Assembly: GCA_047946875.1 (NCBI GenBank)
Contig: CP181398.1
Coordinates: 1,064,409 to 1,128,408 of the forward strand
Direction: 5' to 3'
Length of the DNA stretch: 64,000 bases
DNA from: Candidatus Kerfeldbacteria bacterium
GTDB lineage: Bacteria; Patescibacteriota; Patescibacteriia; UBA10025; JAHIVO01
The position numbers were made by a program, and so were the translations under genes. Shown in pieces: positions 38,507 to 48,127 of this stretch. Under the pieces are notes generated by a model. The model had not been told where the DNA came from and ran no database searches. It saw only the letters and a program-made list of their open reading frames with translations. Positions within the stretch are counted from its first letter, which is position 1. Every line of letters starts with the position of its first letter.

Positions 38507-41143
38507 ATGCCTATCCCACACCTAAAAGAACCAAATTTTAGAGTAAAAAAAATTGGTGCGAGAGTAAGCCAATTTAATAGAAGAAACCGAAAAAAAAATA
38601 AACCAAGAGAAAAACTCGGTAAACTTCAATGGCTTAAATCTAACTGGTTATTAGTATTAATCATTCTTGCTTTTACATTTGTTATTTTAATAATTAGTGC
38701 TTTTGCGTGGTATTCACGTGACCTTCCTGATCCCGATAAAATAATGGCAAGAACAATAGCTGAAAGCACTAAAATATATGCTAATGATGGAACTTCTTTA
38801 TTATATGAAATACATGGAGACGAAAAACGCACCTTAGTAGAAATTGAAGATATTCCTGACATTATGAAACAAGCAACTATAGCAATTGAAGACCATGATT
38901 TTTATGAACATGGTGGCTTTTCATTGGCTGGTATTATTAAAGCAACTTGTCATGAGGTTTTTGGTAATCTTGGTGGACTATGCCCACAACGTGGTGGCTC
39001 TACTATCACTCAACAGTTTGTAAAAAATGCGATATTAACTAACGAAAGATCTTATACAAGAAAGATAAAAGAACTTGTACTTTCTTATCAGTTAGAAAAA
39101 CAATTTGAAAAAGACCAAATACTACAACTATATTTCAATGAAATTCCTTTTGGTTCTACTTTATATGGAGTAGAATCTGCTTCTCAATCTTTCCTAGGTA
39201 AACCGATACAAGATATTACTTTATCTGAGGCAGCTTTTCTAGCATCTATCCCAAATAGACCAACTTACTATTCTCCTTATGGTAATAATACAGAAGCTCT
39301 CTCTAACCGTCTTCACACCGTATTAAACGAAATGGTTAAACTTGGATTTGTAACAGAAGAAGAAGCGGAGGAAGCAAGAAATGATAATATATTAGCTAGA
39401 CTCAAACCAAAGTATGAAAATATCACGGCCCCACATTTCGTTTTTTATGTACGTGAACAGCTCAGTGAAAAATATGGAGAGAAAGTAATTGAGCAGGGTG
39501 GCTTACGAGTTACCACTACTATTGATATTGAAAAACAAACAATCGCCGAAGAAGTACTTGAAACCCAGGCAGAAAAAAATAAAATTAATTATAATGCTAA
39601 TAATGCTGCTCTTGTTTCTATCGATACAAAGACTGGTCAAATATTAGCCATGGTAGGGTCAAAAGATTATTTTAATGAGGAGATAGACGGCAATGTTAAC
39701 GTAACTCTTAGACCCAGACAACCAGGATCTTCTTTTAAACCTTTAGTATATTTAACCGCCTTTAATCAAGGTTTTACACCAGAAACCATCCTATTTGACC
39801 TCGTTACCAAATTTAAAACAGGTGCTGCCGACTATGAACCAAAAAACTATGATTTAGGAGAACGTGGCCCAGTCTCCATGAGAGAGTCCTTAGCTGGTTC
39901 TCTAAACGTAACCGCTGTAAAGACATTGTATTTAGCTGGAATTGAAAATGTTCTTGATGCCGCAGATAGTTTTGGTTACTCAACCCTTGGAGACAGAAGT
40001 AGGTTTGGATTATCTCTAGTTTTGGGTGGTGGTGAAGTAACTCTTTTAGACCACACTTCGGCTTTTGCTACTTTTGCAAGAGAAGGTGTATATCACCCAG
40101 TTGTATCTATCTTAAAAATTGAAGACCATAATGGAAAAGTGTTGGAAGAATATGAAGCACGAGAAGATCAAGTTTTTAACAAAGAAAATGTTCGTACACT
40201 TAACAGCATTCTCTCGGATGATGGAGCTCGTGCCTATGTATTTGGTACCGGTAGTGTTTTAACTCTTCCAGGACGCCCTGTAGCAGCGAAAACAGGAACT
40301 ACTAACGACTACCGTGATGCTTGGACTATTGGTTACACCCCTTCAATTGCTACTGGGGTCTGGGTAGGTAATAATGATAATTCAGAAATGAGACGGGGTG
40401 CTGCAGGATCTGTTGTTGCTGCACCAATTTGGCACAACTATATGAAACAAGTAGTTACAGGTCCAGTTGAAACTTTTCAAACAGCACCTGCCAACACAAC
40501 TACTAAAGATATCTTACAAGGGAACATAGAAGGGGAAACCGCTCTTCAAGTAGACAGTATTACTGGAAAACTTATTCCTGAAGAATGTAAAGACACTTAT
40601 CCAGAACTATTTATTGAAGAAAAAATATTTAGAATTATTCACAATATTTTACACTATGTAGATAAAAGTAATCCCGATGGTCCTGTTCCAGCCGATCCTA
40701 CCATTGATCCACAATACGAAAGATGGGAAGAACCTGTAAGACGTTGGGCAACAGAAAATGACTACCTAGAAACTAAACCAGAGCTAGGAGATTGTGCATT
40801 ACGTGCAGTAGAAAATCAACCTACTATTAAAATTACCTCACCAACAAAAAATGACACCGTAAGCACAAACTCTCTTGCATTAACTGTTAGTGCAAGCGCC
40901 TCAACCACCTCTACAAGCGCTCTAGAAAGAGTTGATTACTATATTGATGATGTGCTAATAGGAACTTCTAAAAAGGCTCCTTTCAGCCTTTCCCATACTA
41001 TTAGTGATACAACTTTTGAAAATGGTTTTCACGACTTAAAGGTTATTGTCTATGATAAATTAGAAAATTTTTCTTCTGAGACAGTTATCTTTAATTATTT
41101 AGTTGGACAACCAACAACAAATTCAAATACTAATTCTTTATAA
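38507..41143 (+). CDS. mrcA: Class A penicillin-binding protein (GT51 transglycosylase plus transpeptidase) with extra C-terminal domain
   Basis: EDHDFYEHGG and GGSTITQQ (GT51). SGSSFKP, SLN and KTGTT (transpeptidase). N-terminal TM helix. Confidence 0.9.
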   Translation: MPIPHLKEPNFRVKKIGARVSQFNRRNRKKNKPREKLGKLQWLKSNWLLVLIILAFTFVILIISAFAWYSRDLPDPDKIMARTIAESTKIYANDGTSLLYEIHGDEKRTLVEIEDIPDIMKQATIAIEDHDFYEHGGFSLAGIIKATCHEVFGNLGGLCPQRGGSTITQQFVKNAILTNERSYTRKIKELVLSYQLEKQFEKDQILQLYFNEIPFGSTLYGVESASQSFLGKPIQDITLSEAAFLASIPNRPTYYSPYGNNTEALSNRLHTVLNEMVKLGFVTEEEAEEARNDNILARLKPKYENITAPHFVFYVREQLSEKYGEKVIEQGGLRVTTTIDIEKQTIAEEVLETQAEKNKINYNANNAALVSIDTKTGQILAMVGSKDYFNEEIDGNVNVTLRPRQPGSSFKPLVYLTAFNQGFTPETILFDLVTKFKTGAADYEPKNYDLGERGPVSMRESLAGSLNVTAVKTLYLAGIENVLDAADSFGYSTLGDRSRFGLSLVLGGGEVTLLDHTSAFATFAREGVYHPVVSILKIEDHNGKVLEEYEAREDQVFNKENVRTLNSILSDDGARAYVFGTGSVLTLPGRPVAAKTGTTNDYRDAWTIGYTPSIATGVWVGNNDNSEMRRGAAGSVVAAPIWHNYMKQVVTGPVETFQTAPANTTTKDILQGNIEGETALQVDSITGKLIPEECKDTYPELFIEEKIFRIIHNILHYVDKSNPDGPVPADPTIDPQYERWEEPVRRWATENDYLETKPELGDCALRAVENQPTIKITSPTKNDTVSTNSLALTVSASASTTSTSALERVDYYIDDVLIGTSKKAPFSLSHTISDTTFENGFHDLKVIVYDKLENFSSETVIFNYLVGQPTTNSNTNSL

Positions 41144-41199
41144 CTTATCAAATAAAAAATATCCCGGATAATCGAGGATACTTTTTTTATTATTTCTAA

Positions 41200-41228
41200 T
41201 TGACAAACATATCCCTCTATACTAATAT
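41200..41228 (+). promoter_or_regulatory. Sigma70-type promoter TTGACA-17-TAATAT upstream of 41279 gene
   Basis: Read directly. Followed by the ribosome-binding site AAGGAGG and a TTG start. Confidence 0.45.
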
Positions 41229-41278
41229 AATATGGACAATATTATAAGTAACTAAATGCTAAATGCAAGGAGGTAGTA

Positions 41279-42067
41279 TTGAGTAAATTATCGTTCATTA
41301 CAGTAAAAGACACTAGTTCTCTGTCAACAGACGGAATACTTCACTTATTTATGGAGTCTTGTCCAAACGGGTATGAGACCTGGAAAAAGTTTCGAGACGA
41401 AGCAATGAGTCTTGTGGCAAGTGCAAACAAAATTCAAAGCGTGATATTCGATATTTCCGGAATTGAAATCCCAGACAAAGAATGGTTTTTTATCAGCGGA
41501 GCTCTTCATTCCATACGAATGAGTATCATGTCCAAAAAATACAATTTTGCACTTCTCTCTGGTGAAGAACACAGAAAAAACCGTAAGCTATATCAGATTT
41601 TATATCACACCCTCTATGCTCAAGACAGCATGAAGGAAGCGCAAGAATTCTTGGGCAAAGCACACATGCAGAATCCTGGTACTTACGAGTACACTATTAA
41701 GTCCATGGCGGGTTACGCTGAGATAAGGTTTGTAGTTAGCCAAATATACCCGATTGTATTCCCTATGAAATCCCTCAAGCGAGATATCAATGCTCTGATT
41801 AGCGATAATATTGTTAATATCGTCATCTGTAGCAATTTCGATCTCTATGGTGAATCGTCACGTAGTGAAATGAGGGGACATATGATCGCTTGGGTCTTCA
41901 ACGAACTTCTTGAAGTTCTCAATGTAAAACTCCCTAAAGGAGTTACTATCAGATTTGCTGATCCGACACTCAATACAGCTAGGTTAGCGGCTAAACAAGA
42001 CTGGCCCATTGATGATGAAGCTGATAGCTCAAAAAAGAAATTTCTCAAACCATGGGGGAAAAAGTAA
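41279..42067 (+). CDS. Hypothetical protein (two internally similar halves); island gene
   Basis: TTG start 5 nt after AAGGAGG. GC by eye about 40% against about 30% in the flanks. The halves share the pattern VIFDISGIEIPDKEWFFISGALHSI / IVICSNFDLYGESSRSEMRGHMIAWVFNEL. Confidence 0.55.
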   Translation: MSKLSFITVKDTSSLSTDGILHLFMESCPNGYETWKKFRDEAMSLVASANKIQSVIFDISGIEIPDKEWFFISGALHSIRMSIMSKKYNFALLSGEEHRKNRKLYQILYHTLYAQDSMKEAQEFLGKAHMQNPGTYEYTIKSMAGYAEIRFVVSQIYPIVFPMKSLKRDINALISDNIVNIVICSNFDLYGESSRSEMRGHMIAWVFNELLEVLNVKLPKGVTIRFADPTLNTARLAAKQDWPIDDEADSSKKKFLKPWGKK

Positions 42068-42141
42068 CCAACATAGTGGTTAGTGTAAAGAGGCGTTTAT
42101 AATGTCTCTTTTTTTATTTAAGAAATAATTCAGCTGATAAG

Positions 42142-42170
42142 TTGACAATATATGATTTGTATGATAAATT
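42142..42170 (+). promoter_or_regulatory. Sigma70-like promoter TTGACA-17-TAAATT upstream of 42216 gene
   Basis: Read directly. A third copy of the same hexamer pair lies at 42750-42778 with no ORF downstream. Confidence 0.4.
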
Positions 42171-42215
42171 AATACGTTCAATAATAAAGCAATATTATAA
42201 AAAGTGGAGGAAATA

Positions 42216-42608
42216 ATGGCTGAAACTATTGAGCAACGCTGCTCTATACCAAAATGGCACTGGTTCAATGTCATGAAAGATCTGGAAACACAAGGGAAAC
42301 TCCCCGGTGTAACTATTGACCCTCTTTCTGTGAAAGAGAATGGCTGTGCAGGAGAAACAGCTAAGGGCACCAGATTTTATTTTTCTTGGATCAAAGACAC
42401 TTTTCTGTTACTAAGTATGGTACCAGAAGAGTTAGAACTAATAGAGGCTTTCGCCGCTATCGTTGAATACCGCCCTTTTTGCAGGTATACTACCAATTCA
42501 GAAGATGGTACCGAGATGATCACCTTCGAATGGGATAAAAAAGACTCGCAAGGAAGATTTGTGGAGCTACAGAAAGAAAGAAAAGAGAATCTCCAGCCTG
42601 TTGAATAA
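42216..42608 (+). CDS. Hypothetical 130-aa protein; island gene
   Basis: ATG 5 nt after GGAGG (the track start at 42204 is an upstream GTG). No family recognised. Confidence 0.5.
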   Translation: MAETIEQRCSIPKWHWFNVMKDLETQGKLPGVTIDPLSVKENGCAGETAKGTRFYFSWIKDTFLLLSMVPEELELIEAFAAIVEYRPFCRYTTNSEDGTEMITFEWDKKDSQGRFVELQKERKENLQPVE

Positions 42609-42844
42609 AAAGTATCCTGATATTTGAGAATACGACTATATATAACAGTCAGCTCTGTTAACAACTGTTGACATTCTCCTCCCTAAGACCCGAGCAAGTC
42701 TCTAAACTGCTCATTTTTTATTTCAAAAATTCGTAATAATATTTGTAGATTGACAATAAAGCCATTATTAACTAAATTGAATAAACTTTTAAATTGTACA
42801 AAAAAAATACCCTGCTCAATTGAGGATATTTTTTTATATTATAT

Positions 42845-43945
42845 TTATTGTTTAATCGGCATGATTATATAAACGTAGTCTTTTTTATTTTTTGGTCTTA
42901 ATAAACCAGGATTTGTATTTGTATTAATTTCTAATATACACTCTTCATCTTCAATATTTTGTAAACCTTCTAATAAAAAACGATAGTTAAAAATAATATT
43001 ATTTTCTATACCTTCTAATTTAACTTCTTGTTTCGCTTCACTTTCTCCAATTTGCATATTATTTGCAGAAATTGTAATTTCACTATTTTCAATTAAAAAT
43101 TGTATTAGTATGTCATTACTCCCTGTTTTGCAAAACAAACTAGCCCTTTTAACTGTTTTAATTAAATCACCTGTATTAACTATTGCCAAGGTTTTATGTT
43201 CTTTTGGGATAATTTGTTTATAGTCTGGATATTTTCCTTCTATCAAACGAGATGATAGTTTTGCACCAGCAATAGAAAATACTACTTGATTATCATTTAT
43301 CTTAATTTGTAACATTTCATCTTCATCTCCAATTATTCTTACTAACTCTTGAATTGTTTTAATTGGGACAATAAAATTCTGTTCTTTAACTTCTTTATTT
43401 AAGGATATTTCTTTTTCGGCTAACCTATAACTATCAGTGGCGGCAAGAACTAAAGAATTGTTAATAAAATTAAAAAATACTCCATTTATTTCAGGTCTTG
43501 TCTCGTCAAAAGAAACAGCAAAAAAGACTGAATTTAGGGCATTTTTTAAGATTTTTCCGTCTATTTCAATATTTTCTTCTGATTCAACTTGTGGTATTAA
43601 TGGAAATTCTGATGCTTCCATACCCTTCATTGAAGTTTTTGAATTACTACTTTTTATTTTTAAATTTTGTTCTTCAAGCTCTATTTCAATATTTTCTTTT
43701 GGTAATAAATTAATATAATCACTTAAAGTTTTTGCTTGGACAGTAAAAGATCCTTCTCTTTCTACTTTTCCTCTCACCTGACAAATAATCCCCATCTCTA
43801 AATTTGTGGTCATTAATTTTAAAATTCCATTTTCTGTTTTTAATAAAACATTACTAAGAATTGGTAAAGAAATATTTTTACTTGCAATATGACTTACTAG
43901 TTGTAATCCTTTAGATAAGTTTTCTTGTGTACAAGTTATCTTCAT
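42845..43945 (-). CDS. dnaN: DNA polymerase III beta sliding clamp
   Basis: MKITCTQENLSKGLQLVSHIASKNISLPILSNVLL… Three-domain length. Lies downstream of dnaA. Confidence 0.9.
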   Translation of the reverse strand: MKITCTQENLSKGLQLVSHIASKNISLPILSNVLLKTENGILKLMTTNLEMGIICQVRGKVEREGSFTVQAKTLSDYINLLPKENIEIELEEQNLKIKSSNSKTSMKGMEASEFPLIPQVESEENIEIDGKILKNALNSVFFAVSFDETRPEINGVFFNFINNSLVLAATDSYRLAEKEISLNKEVKEQNFIVPIKTIQELVRIIGDEDEMLQIKINDNQVVFSIAGAKLSSRLIEGKYPDYKQIIPKEHKTLAIVNTGDLIKTVKRASLFCKTGSNDILIQFLIENSEITISANNMQIGESEAKQEVKLEGIENNIIFNYRFLLEGLQNIEDEECILEINTNTNPGLLRPKNKKDYVYIIMPIKQ

Positions 43946-44198
43946 ATATTTATTATATTAAGTTTTTATATATAAATAGTATTAGTAATAATAGAGTGGA
44001 AAAGTTAATAACTTTTTTTATTTAGAAAGAAAGGTTAGAGAAAAGTTATTTTTTTAAAGTTTTTTTCTGTTAATATTTTGAGAGTTATAAGTGGATAGAT
44101 GGGGGAAACTTTTTATGTTTTTTTTAACTTGATTTAACTTGATGAGTTTTTAAACATTTAGATAACAGATTGTTAATAATATATCCACAGTAAAAAAA
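43946..44198. promoter_or_regulatory. dnaA-dnaN spacer with DnaA-box-like motifs (possible second oriC segment)
   Basis: ATATCCACA at 44181-44189, AAGTGGATA (reverse complement TATCCACTT) about 44091-44099, TTATC cores. AT-rich. Confidence 0.35.
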
Positions 44199-45575
44199 TT
44201 ATTTATTGTATAGACGTTGTCTGATTAGATTAATATCTTGTCTAATTTTTTCATCTTTATCTAAACATTTTTTTATTTTTTCATAAGCATGCATAGCGGT
44301 TGTATGGTCACGTCCACCTAATTCTTGTCCAATTGTTGGGTAAGAACATTTAATCTCTTCTCTTAATAAAAACATTGCTATCTGTCTAGGAATAACGAGT
44401 TCTTTTTTACGACTACTACCTAGTAAATCATCTTTTGGTTTATCAAAAAAAGAAGCAACCATATTAATAATTTGTTTTGTTGTAATTGCGCTGTCACGAT
44501 GTTTGTAGCTGGATACACTGCTAAGAATATTTTTAACAGATTCAACGCTAGGAGCTGTATTGTTAAGCTGATGAAAGGCAATTATTCTATTTAAAGCCCC
44601 TTCTAGTTCACGAACATTACTTTGTATATTATTAGCAATAACAGCAATTATATCAGCATTAAGCTGGTGGTCTTTCTCTTTACATTTTGCGTTTAATATT
44701 GCAATTCTTGTCTCATAGTCAGGTAAATTAACGTCTGCAATCATTCCCCACTCAAAACGAGAAATAAGCCTATTTTCAAGTGCAGGAATTGCTTTTGGCG
44801 GACGATCAGAACTAATTACTATTTGTTTATTTTGTTGATGTAGGGCATTAAAAGTATGAAAAAACTCTTCTTGTGTTCCCTCTTTTCCTGCCAAGAATTG
44901 AATATCATCAATAAGTAATAAATCGGCAGTCCGGTAGGTGTTTTTAAATTGTTCGGTACTACCCTGACTAATGGATTTAATAAAATCATTAGTGAATTTT
45001 TCGCATGTTACAAAAATTACTTTTTTGTCAGGGCTCTTTTCTGTTATACTGTGGGCAATTGCTTGTAGTAGGTGAGTTTTTCCTAGTCCAGATCCTCCAT
45101 ATATAAATAATGGATTATAAACCTCTCCAGGGCGCTCTGCTACGGCTAGACAGGCGGCGTGAGCAAGTTCATTTCCCTTACCTACAATAAAACTTTTAAA
45201 AGTATTTGAATTATTAAAACCCGAGCCGTTTTTTACAGCATTAGTAGAAGAATTAGTGTTAGAAGAATCTAAAACAACTTCAGTTTTTGTAACCGGGGTT
45301 TTTGATTCTTCTTTTTGTTTGTTTGAATTAGTTTCTACTTGGTATGTAGCTTCGGATATTTTATTATTAGTTGCATTTTGTAGCGATTGTAATATCTCTT
45401 TATGATATTTATTTTCTAACCAGGTTTTTGTAAAAGCATTTGGTACACCAATAACAATTTTATTATTTTCAAGTGATGAAATAAAAGTATTTTTAAACCA
45501 TGTGGTGAAATTTGCCTTACTTAGAGAGAGCTCTAATTCACCCAAGGCGGCTTGCCAGAGTTGTTCTTTATTCAT
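44199..45575 (-). CDS. dnaA: Chromosomal replication initiator DnaA
   Basis: GGSGLGKTHLLQAIAH (Walker A), LLIDDIQFL, C-terminal DNA-binding …GRDHTTAMHAYEKI. Confidence 0.95.
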   Translation of the reverse strand: MNKEQLWQAALGELELSLSKANFTTWFKNTFISSLENNKIVIGVPNAFTKTWLENKYHKEILQSLQNATNNKISEATYQVETNSNKQKEESKTPVTKTEVVLDSSNTNSSTNAVKNGSGFNNSNTFKSFIVGKGNELAHAACLAVAERPGEVYNPLFIYGGSGLGKTHLLQAIAHSITEKSPDKKVIFVTCEKFTNDFIKSISQGSTEQFKNTYRTADLLLIDDIQFLAGKEGTQEEFFHTFNALHQQNKQIVISSDRPPKAIPALENRLISRFEWGMIADVNLPDYETRIAILNAKCKEKDHQLNADIIAVIANNIQSNVRELEGALNRIIAFHQLNNTAPSVESVKNILSSVSSYKHRDSAITTKQIINMVASFFDKPKDDLLGSSRKKELVIPRQIAMFLLREEIKCSYPTIGQELGGRDHTTAMHAYEKIKKCLDKDEKIRQDINLIRQRLYNK

Positions 45576-45708
45576 ATGAATAATAAATTGTTATTAACGA
45601 AATTTTGAGTACAAAGTATATATTACCATATTAACTATAATTAAAATATATAGAATACTTGATAATATGTGTATAAATTGTTAATATCATGTGGGTATAA
45701 TTTATAGA

Positions 45709-45737
45709 TTGACCCAGTGTTTTATTATTGATATAAT
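45709..45737 (+). promoter_or_regulatory. Sigma70-type promoter TTGACC-17-TATAAT for rpmH, inside the rpmH-dnaA spacer (putative oriC region 45576..45764)
   Basis: Read directly. The spacer also holds box-like TGTGTATAA and TGTGGGTAT. Confidence 0.5.
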
Positions 45738-45764
45738 GCATTGTAATTAAGTAAACTTTTATAT

Positions 45765-45902
45765 ATGCCAAAAAGAACCTATCAACCAAAAACAAAGCAA
45801 CGAAAAACAAAACACGGTTTTAGAAAGAAAATGCAGTCTAAAAGTGGGCAAAAAACTATTGCCAGAAGAAGAGCAAAAGGAAGAAAGAAATTAGCTTCAT
45901 AA
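45765..45902 (+). CDS. rpmH: 50S ribosomal protein L34 (not in the supplied ORF track)
   Basis: [45 protein letters not shown], classic L34. 45 codons. Confidence 0.9.
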   Translation: MPKRTYQPKTKQRKTKHGFRKKMQSKSGQKTIARRRAKGRKKLAS

Positions 45903-45908
45903 TATTTT

Positions 45909-46253
45909 ATGTTGCCCAAAGAAAGGCGTATTGTTAAGCTGTCTGAGTGGAATAAACTACATAAGCGTGGTATTGGAGCTCATTCTGCTGAAATAGTATT
46001 GAAATATATTAAAAATAATACCAAAATTACTCGCTTTGGTTTTATTGTAAGCACTAAGATTAGCAAAAAAGCAGTAGATAGAAATTTGATTAAAAGAAGA
46101 ATGCGAGACGTGATAGAAAAGAAATTATCAAATATTAAAGAAGGTTACGATGTTATCTTAATTGCTAAAGTGAAGATAAAAAGTAATAATTATTCCGAAA
46201 TTGAACAAATGATTAATCAACTTTTAAGAAAAGAAAGGTTGTTAACCAGATAA
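45909..46253 (+). CDS. rnpA: RNase P protein component
   Basis: …RFGFIVSTKISKKAVDRNLIKRRMRD…, the conserved RNR motif. Position after rpmH. Confidence 0.85.
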   Translation: MLPKERRIVKLSEWNKLHKRGIGAHSAEIVLKYIKNNTKITRFGFIVSTKISKKAVDRNLIKRRMRDVIEKKLSNIKEGYDVILIAKVKIKSNNYSEIEQMINQLLRKERLLTR

Positions 46254-46511
46254 ATGTTTAAAATAATTAGAAAATTAATAATACAAGTAGTTTTAAAGCT
46301 TATAAAGTTCTATCAAAAGACCTTATCGCCAGATCATGGATTTTTCTCTTATAAGTACCCATATGGCTATTGTCGGTTTCGGCCAACATGCTCAAATTAT
46401 ACTTATCAAGCAATAGAAAAATACGGTTTATTGAAAGGCGGATGGATGGGAATGAAAAGAATAATTCGTTGTAATCCATTAAATCAAGGGGGAGAAGACC
46501 CAGTAAAATAA
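46254..46511 (+). CDS. yidD: Membrane protein insertion efficiency factor YidD
   Basis: …[19 protein letters not shown]…. Confidence 0.85.
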   Translation: MFKIIRKLIIQVVLKLIKFYQKTLSPDHGFFSYKYPYGYCRFRPTCSNYTYQAIEKYGLLKGGWMGMKRIIRCNPLNQGGEDPVK

Positions 46512-46518
46512 TAAAAAT

Positions 46519-47322
46519 ATGATTGTAGATATATATAATTTAGTACTATTTGAACCACTTTTTAATGCTTTGGTTTTTATTTATAATTATATCCCAAATT
46601 TGGGAGTAGCAATTATTATATTGACCTTGATTATCAAGTTTATTTTGTATATCCCCTCTCGATCATCTATAACTTCTCAAAAAAAACTACAAGAAACTCA
46701 GCCAAAATTAAAAGCTATACAAGATAAATACAAAAATAATAAAGAAGAGCTTGGTCGGCAGTTGATGAAATTTTATAAAGATAATAAAGTAAATCCTTTT
46801 TCTTCTTGTTTGCCATTATTGCTTCAACTTCCTATATTAATTGCCCTATATAGGGTATTTTTAGCTGTTGCTCAAACAGACCCTAGTACTTTTATTTTAG
46901 TTGATGAACAAATACAGCATTTATATGAACCAATGAGGGAAATATTTAGTTCAAAAGCTATAAATCCATTCTTCTTTGGTGAATTTGCACTTGCTGATTT
47001 GTCCAAAACAGGAAATTTTGTTCTAGCTGCAATGGCTGGGGCTGCTCAATTTTGGCAGTCAAAGATGTTGATGAGTAAAAAACCACCACAAGTCCCTGGA
47101 GCTAAAGATGAAAGTATGATGGCAGGTATGAATAAGCAAATGACTTACTTTATGCCACTAATTACAGTATTTTTTGCATATCAATTTCCTGCAGGATTAG
47201 CCTTGTATTGGTTTATTTCCACATTGTTTTCAGCACTACAACAACTCTATTTATTTAGGAAAGATAAAAAACCAGAAGTAGAAGTAATATCTAATGATAC
47301 TAAAAAAACAGGACATAATTAA
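46519..47322 (+). CDS. yidC: YidC/Oxa1-family membrane insertase (short form)
   Basis: 5-TM core. …GLALYWFISTLFSALQQ. Synteny. Confidence 0.85.
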   Translation: MIVDIYNLVLFEPLFNALVFIYNYIPNLGVAIIILTLIIKFILYIPSRSSITSQKKLQETQPKLKAIQDKYKNNKEELGRQLMKFYKDNKVNPFSSCLPLLLQLPILIALYRVFLAVAQTDPSTFILVDEQIQHLYEPMREIFSSKAINPFFFGEFALADLSKTGNFVLAAMAGAAQFWQSKMLMSKKPPQVPGAKDESMMAGMNKQMTYFMPLITVFFAYQFPAGLALYWFISTLFSALQQLYLFRKDKKPEVEVISNDTKKTGHN

Positions 47323-47572
47323 TCTCCCTGTCTATACAGAATCGAGTCAACATCTTGGTAAGATAGTTGATTTTGAATTTGAAAGTGATACACAAACAAT
47401 ATTAAGTTATTACATAAGAAGTGGACATAGTATTAAAGAATTATTATCTGCCGAATTAATAATAAACCGAGAACAGGTAATACTGATTACAAATGAAAAA
47501 ATGATAGTTGAAGATAATATCCTGGTCGAAAAAGAGAAAAAAAATATCCAAAAACAAGCCATAGTAGCATAG
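47294..47572 (+). CDS. PRC-barrel-like small protein (YlmC/YmxH-like) candidate
   Basis: HLGKIVDFEFESDTQTILSYYIRSG…EQVILITNEKMIV pattern. Start uncertain. Overlaps the yidC end. Confidence 0.35.
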   Translation: MILKKQDIINLPVYTESSQHLGKIVDFEFESDTQTILSYYIRSGHSIKELLSAELIINREQVILITNEKMIVEDNILVEKEKKNIQKQAIVA

Positions 47573-47605
47573 TTGTGATAATATGGGTTAATAAATAACT
47601 TATAG

Positions 47606-48031
47606 TTAAGTTATTTTTATTTTTCGAATATTTTTATCAATAAAAGTAAAGTTAATAAATTTTTGTTTGTATGATTTAAGAAAATGTTTTAATTTATCTG
47701 CCCATTCAATAACTACAATCGTATCTCCCCTACTAAGATATTCTTCAAGACCAATTTCAATAATTTCTTCTGGTCGTTTAAGTCTATATGCATCAACGTG
47801 ACAAAAATACTTAATCTTTTTATCTTTTATTTTGTATATTTTCATCAAAATAAAGCTAGGACTATTTATAGTTGTTTTAAGTCCCAATCCTTTGGCAAAA
47901 CCTTTAGTAAAGTGAGTTTTTCCACTCCCTAAGTCTCCAATAAGAGAATAGATATCTCCCGTTGAAGCTTTTTTTGCTAATTTTAGCCCTAAATTTGATG
48001 TTTCTGTTGGTGATTTACTTATTATCATCAT
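47606..48031 (-). CDS. tsaE: tRNA t6A37 biosynthesis ATPase TsaE (YjeE)
   Basis: P-loop GDLGSGKTHFTKGF. About 140 aa. Confidence 0.85.
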   Translation of the reverse strand: MMIISKSPTETSNLGLKLAKKASTGDIYSLIGDLGSGKTHFTKGFAKGLGLKTTINSPSFILMKIYKIKDKKIKYFCHVDAYRLKRPEEIIEIGLEEYLSRGDTIVVIEWADKLKHFLKSYKQKFINFTFIDKNIRKIKIT

Positions 48032-48127
48032 AACGATAGTTTACCTAATAATTTGTATAATGCCAAACTTGACACTATAGTATGCCTGAAGTATAATAAA
48101 TAATTCCAATTTTTTAAATTTATATAA

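Noticed and set aside
42080-42664. Minus-strand ORFs 42080..42370 and 42377..42664 opposite the 130-aa island gene
   Set aside because: They have no ribosome-binding site or promoter, whereas the plus-strand gene has a perfect GGAGG-ATG arrangement.
42800-42838. Palindrome CTCAATTGAG flanked by A8/T7 as dnaN terminator
   Set aside because: Only 3-5 bp can pair with a usable loop, so it is too weak to call a terminator with confidence. I mention it only as possible.
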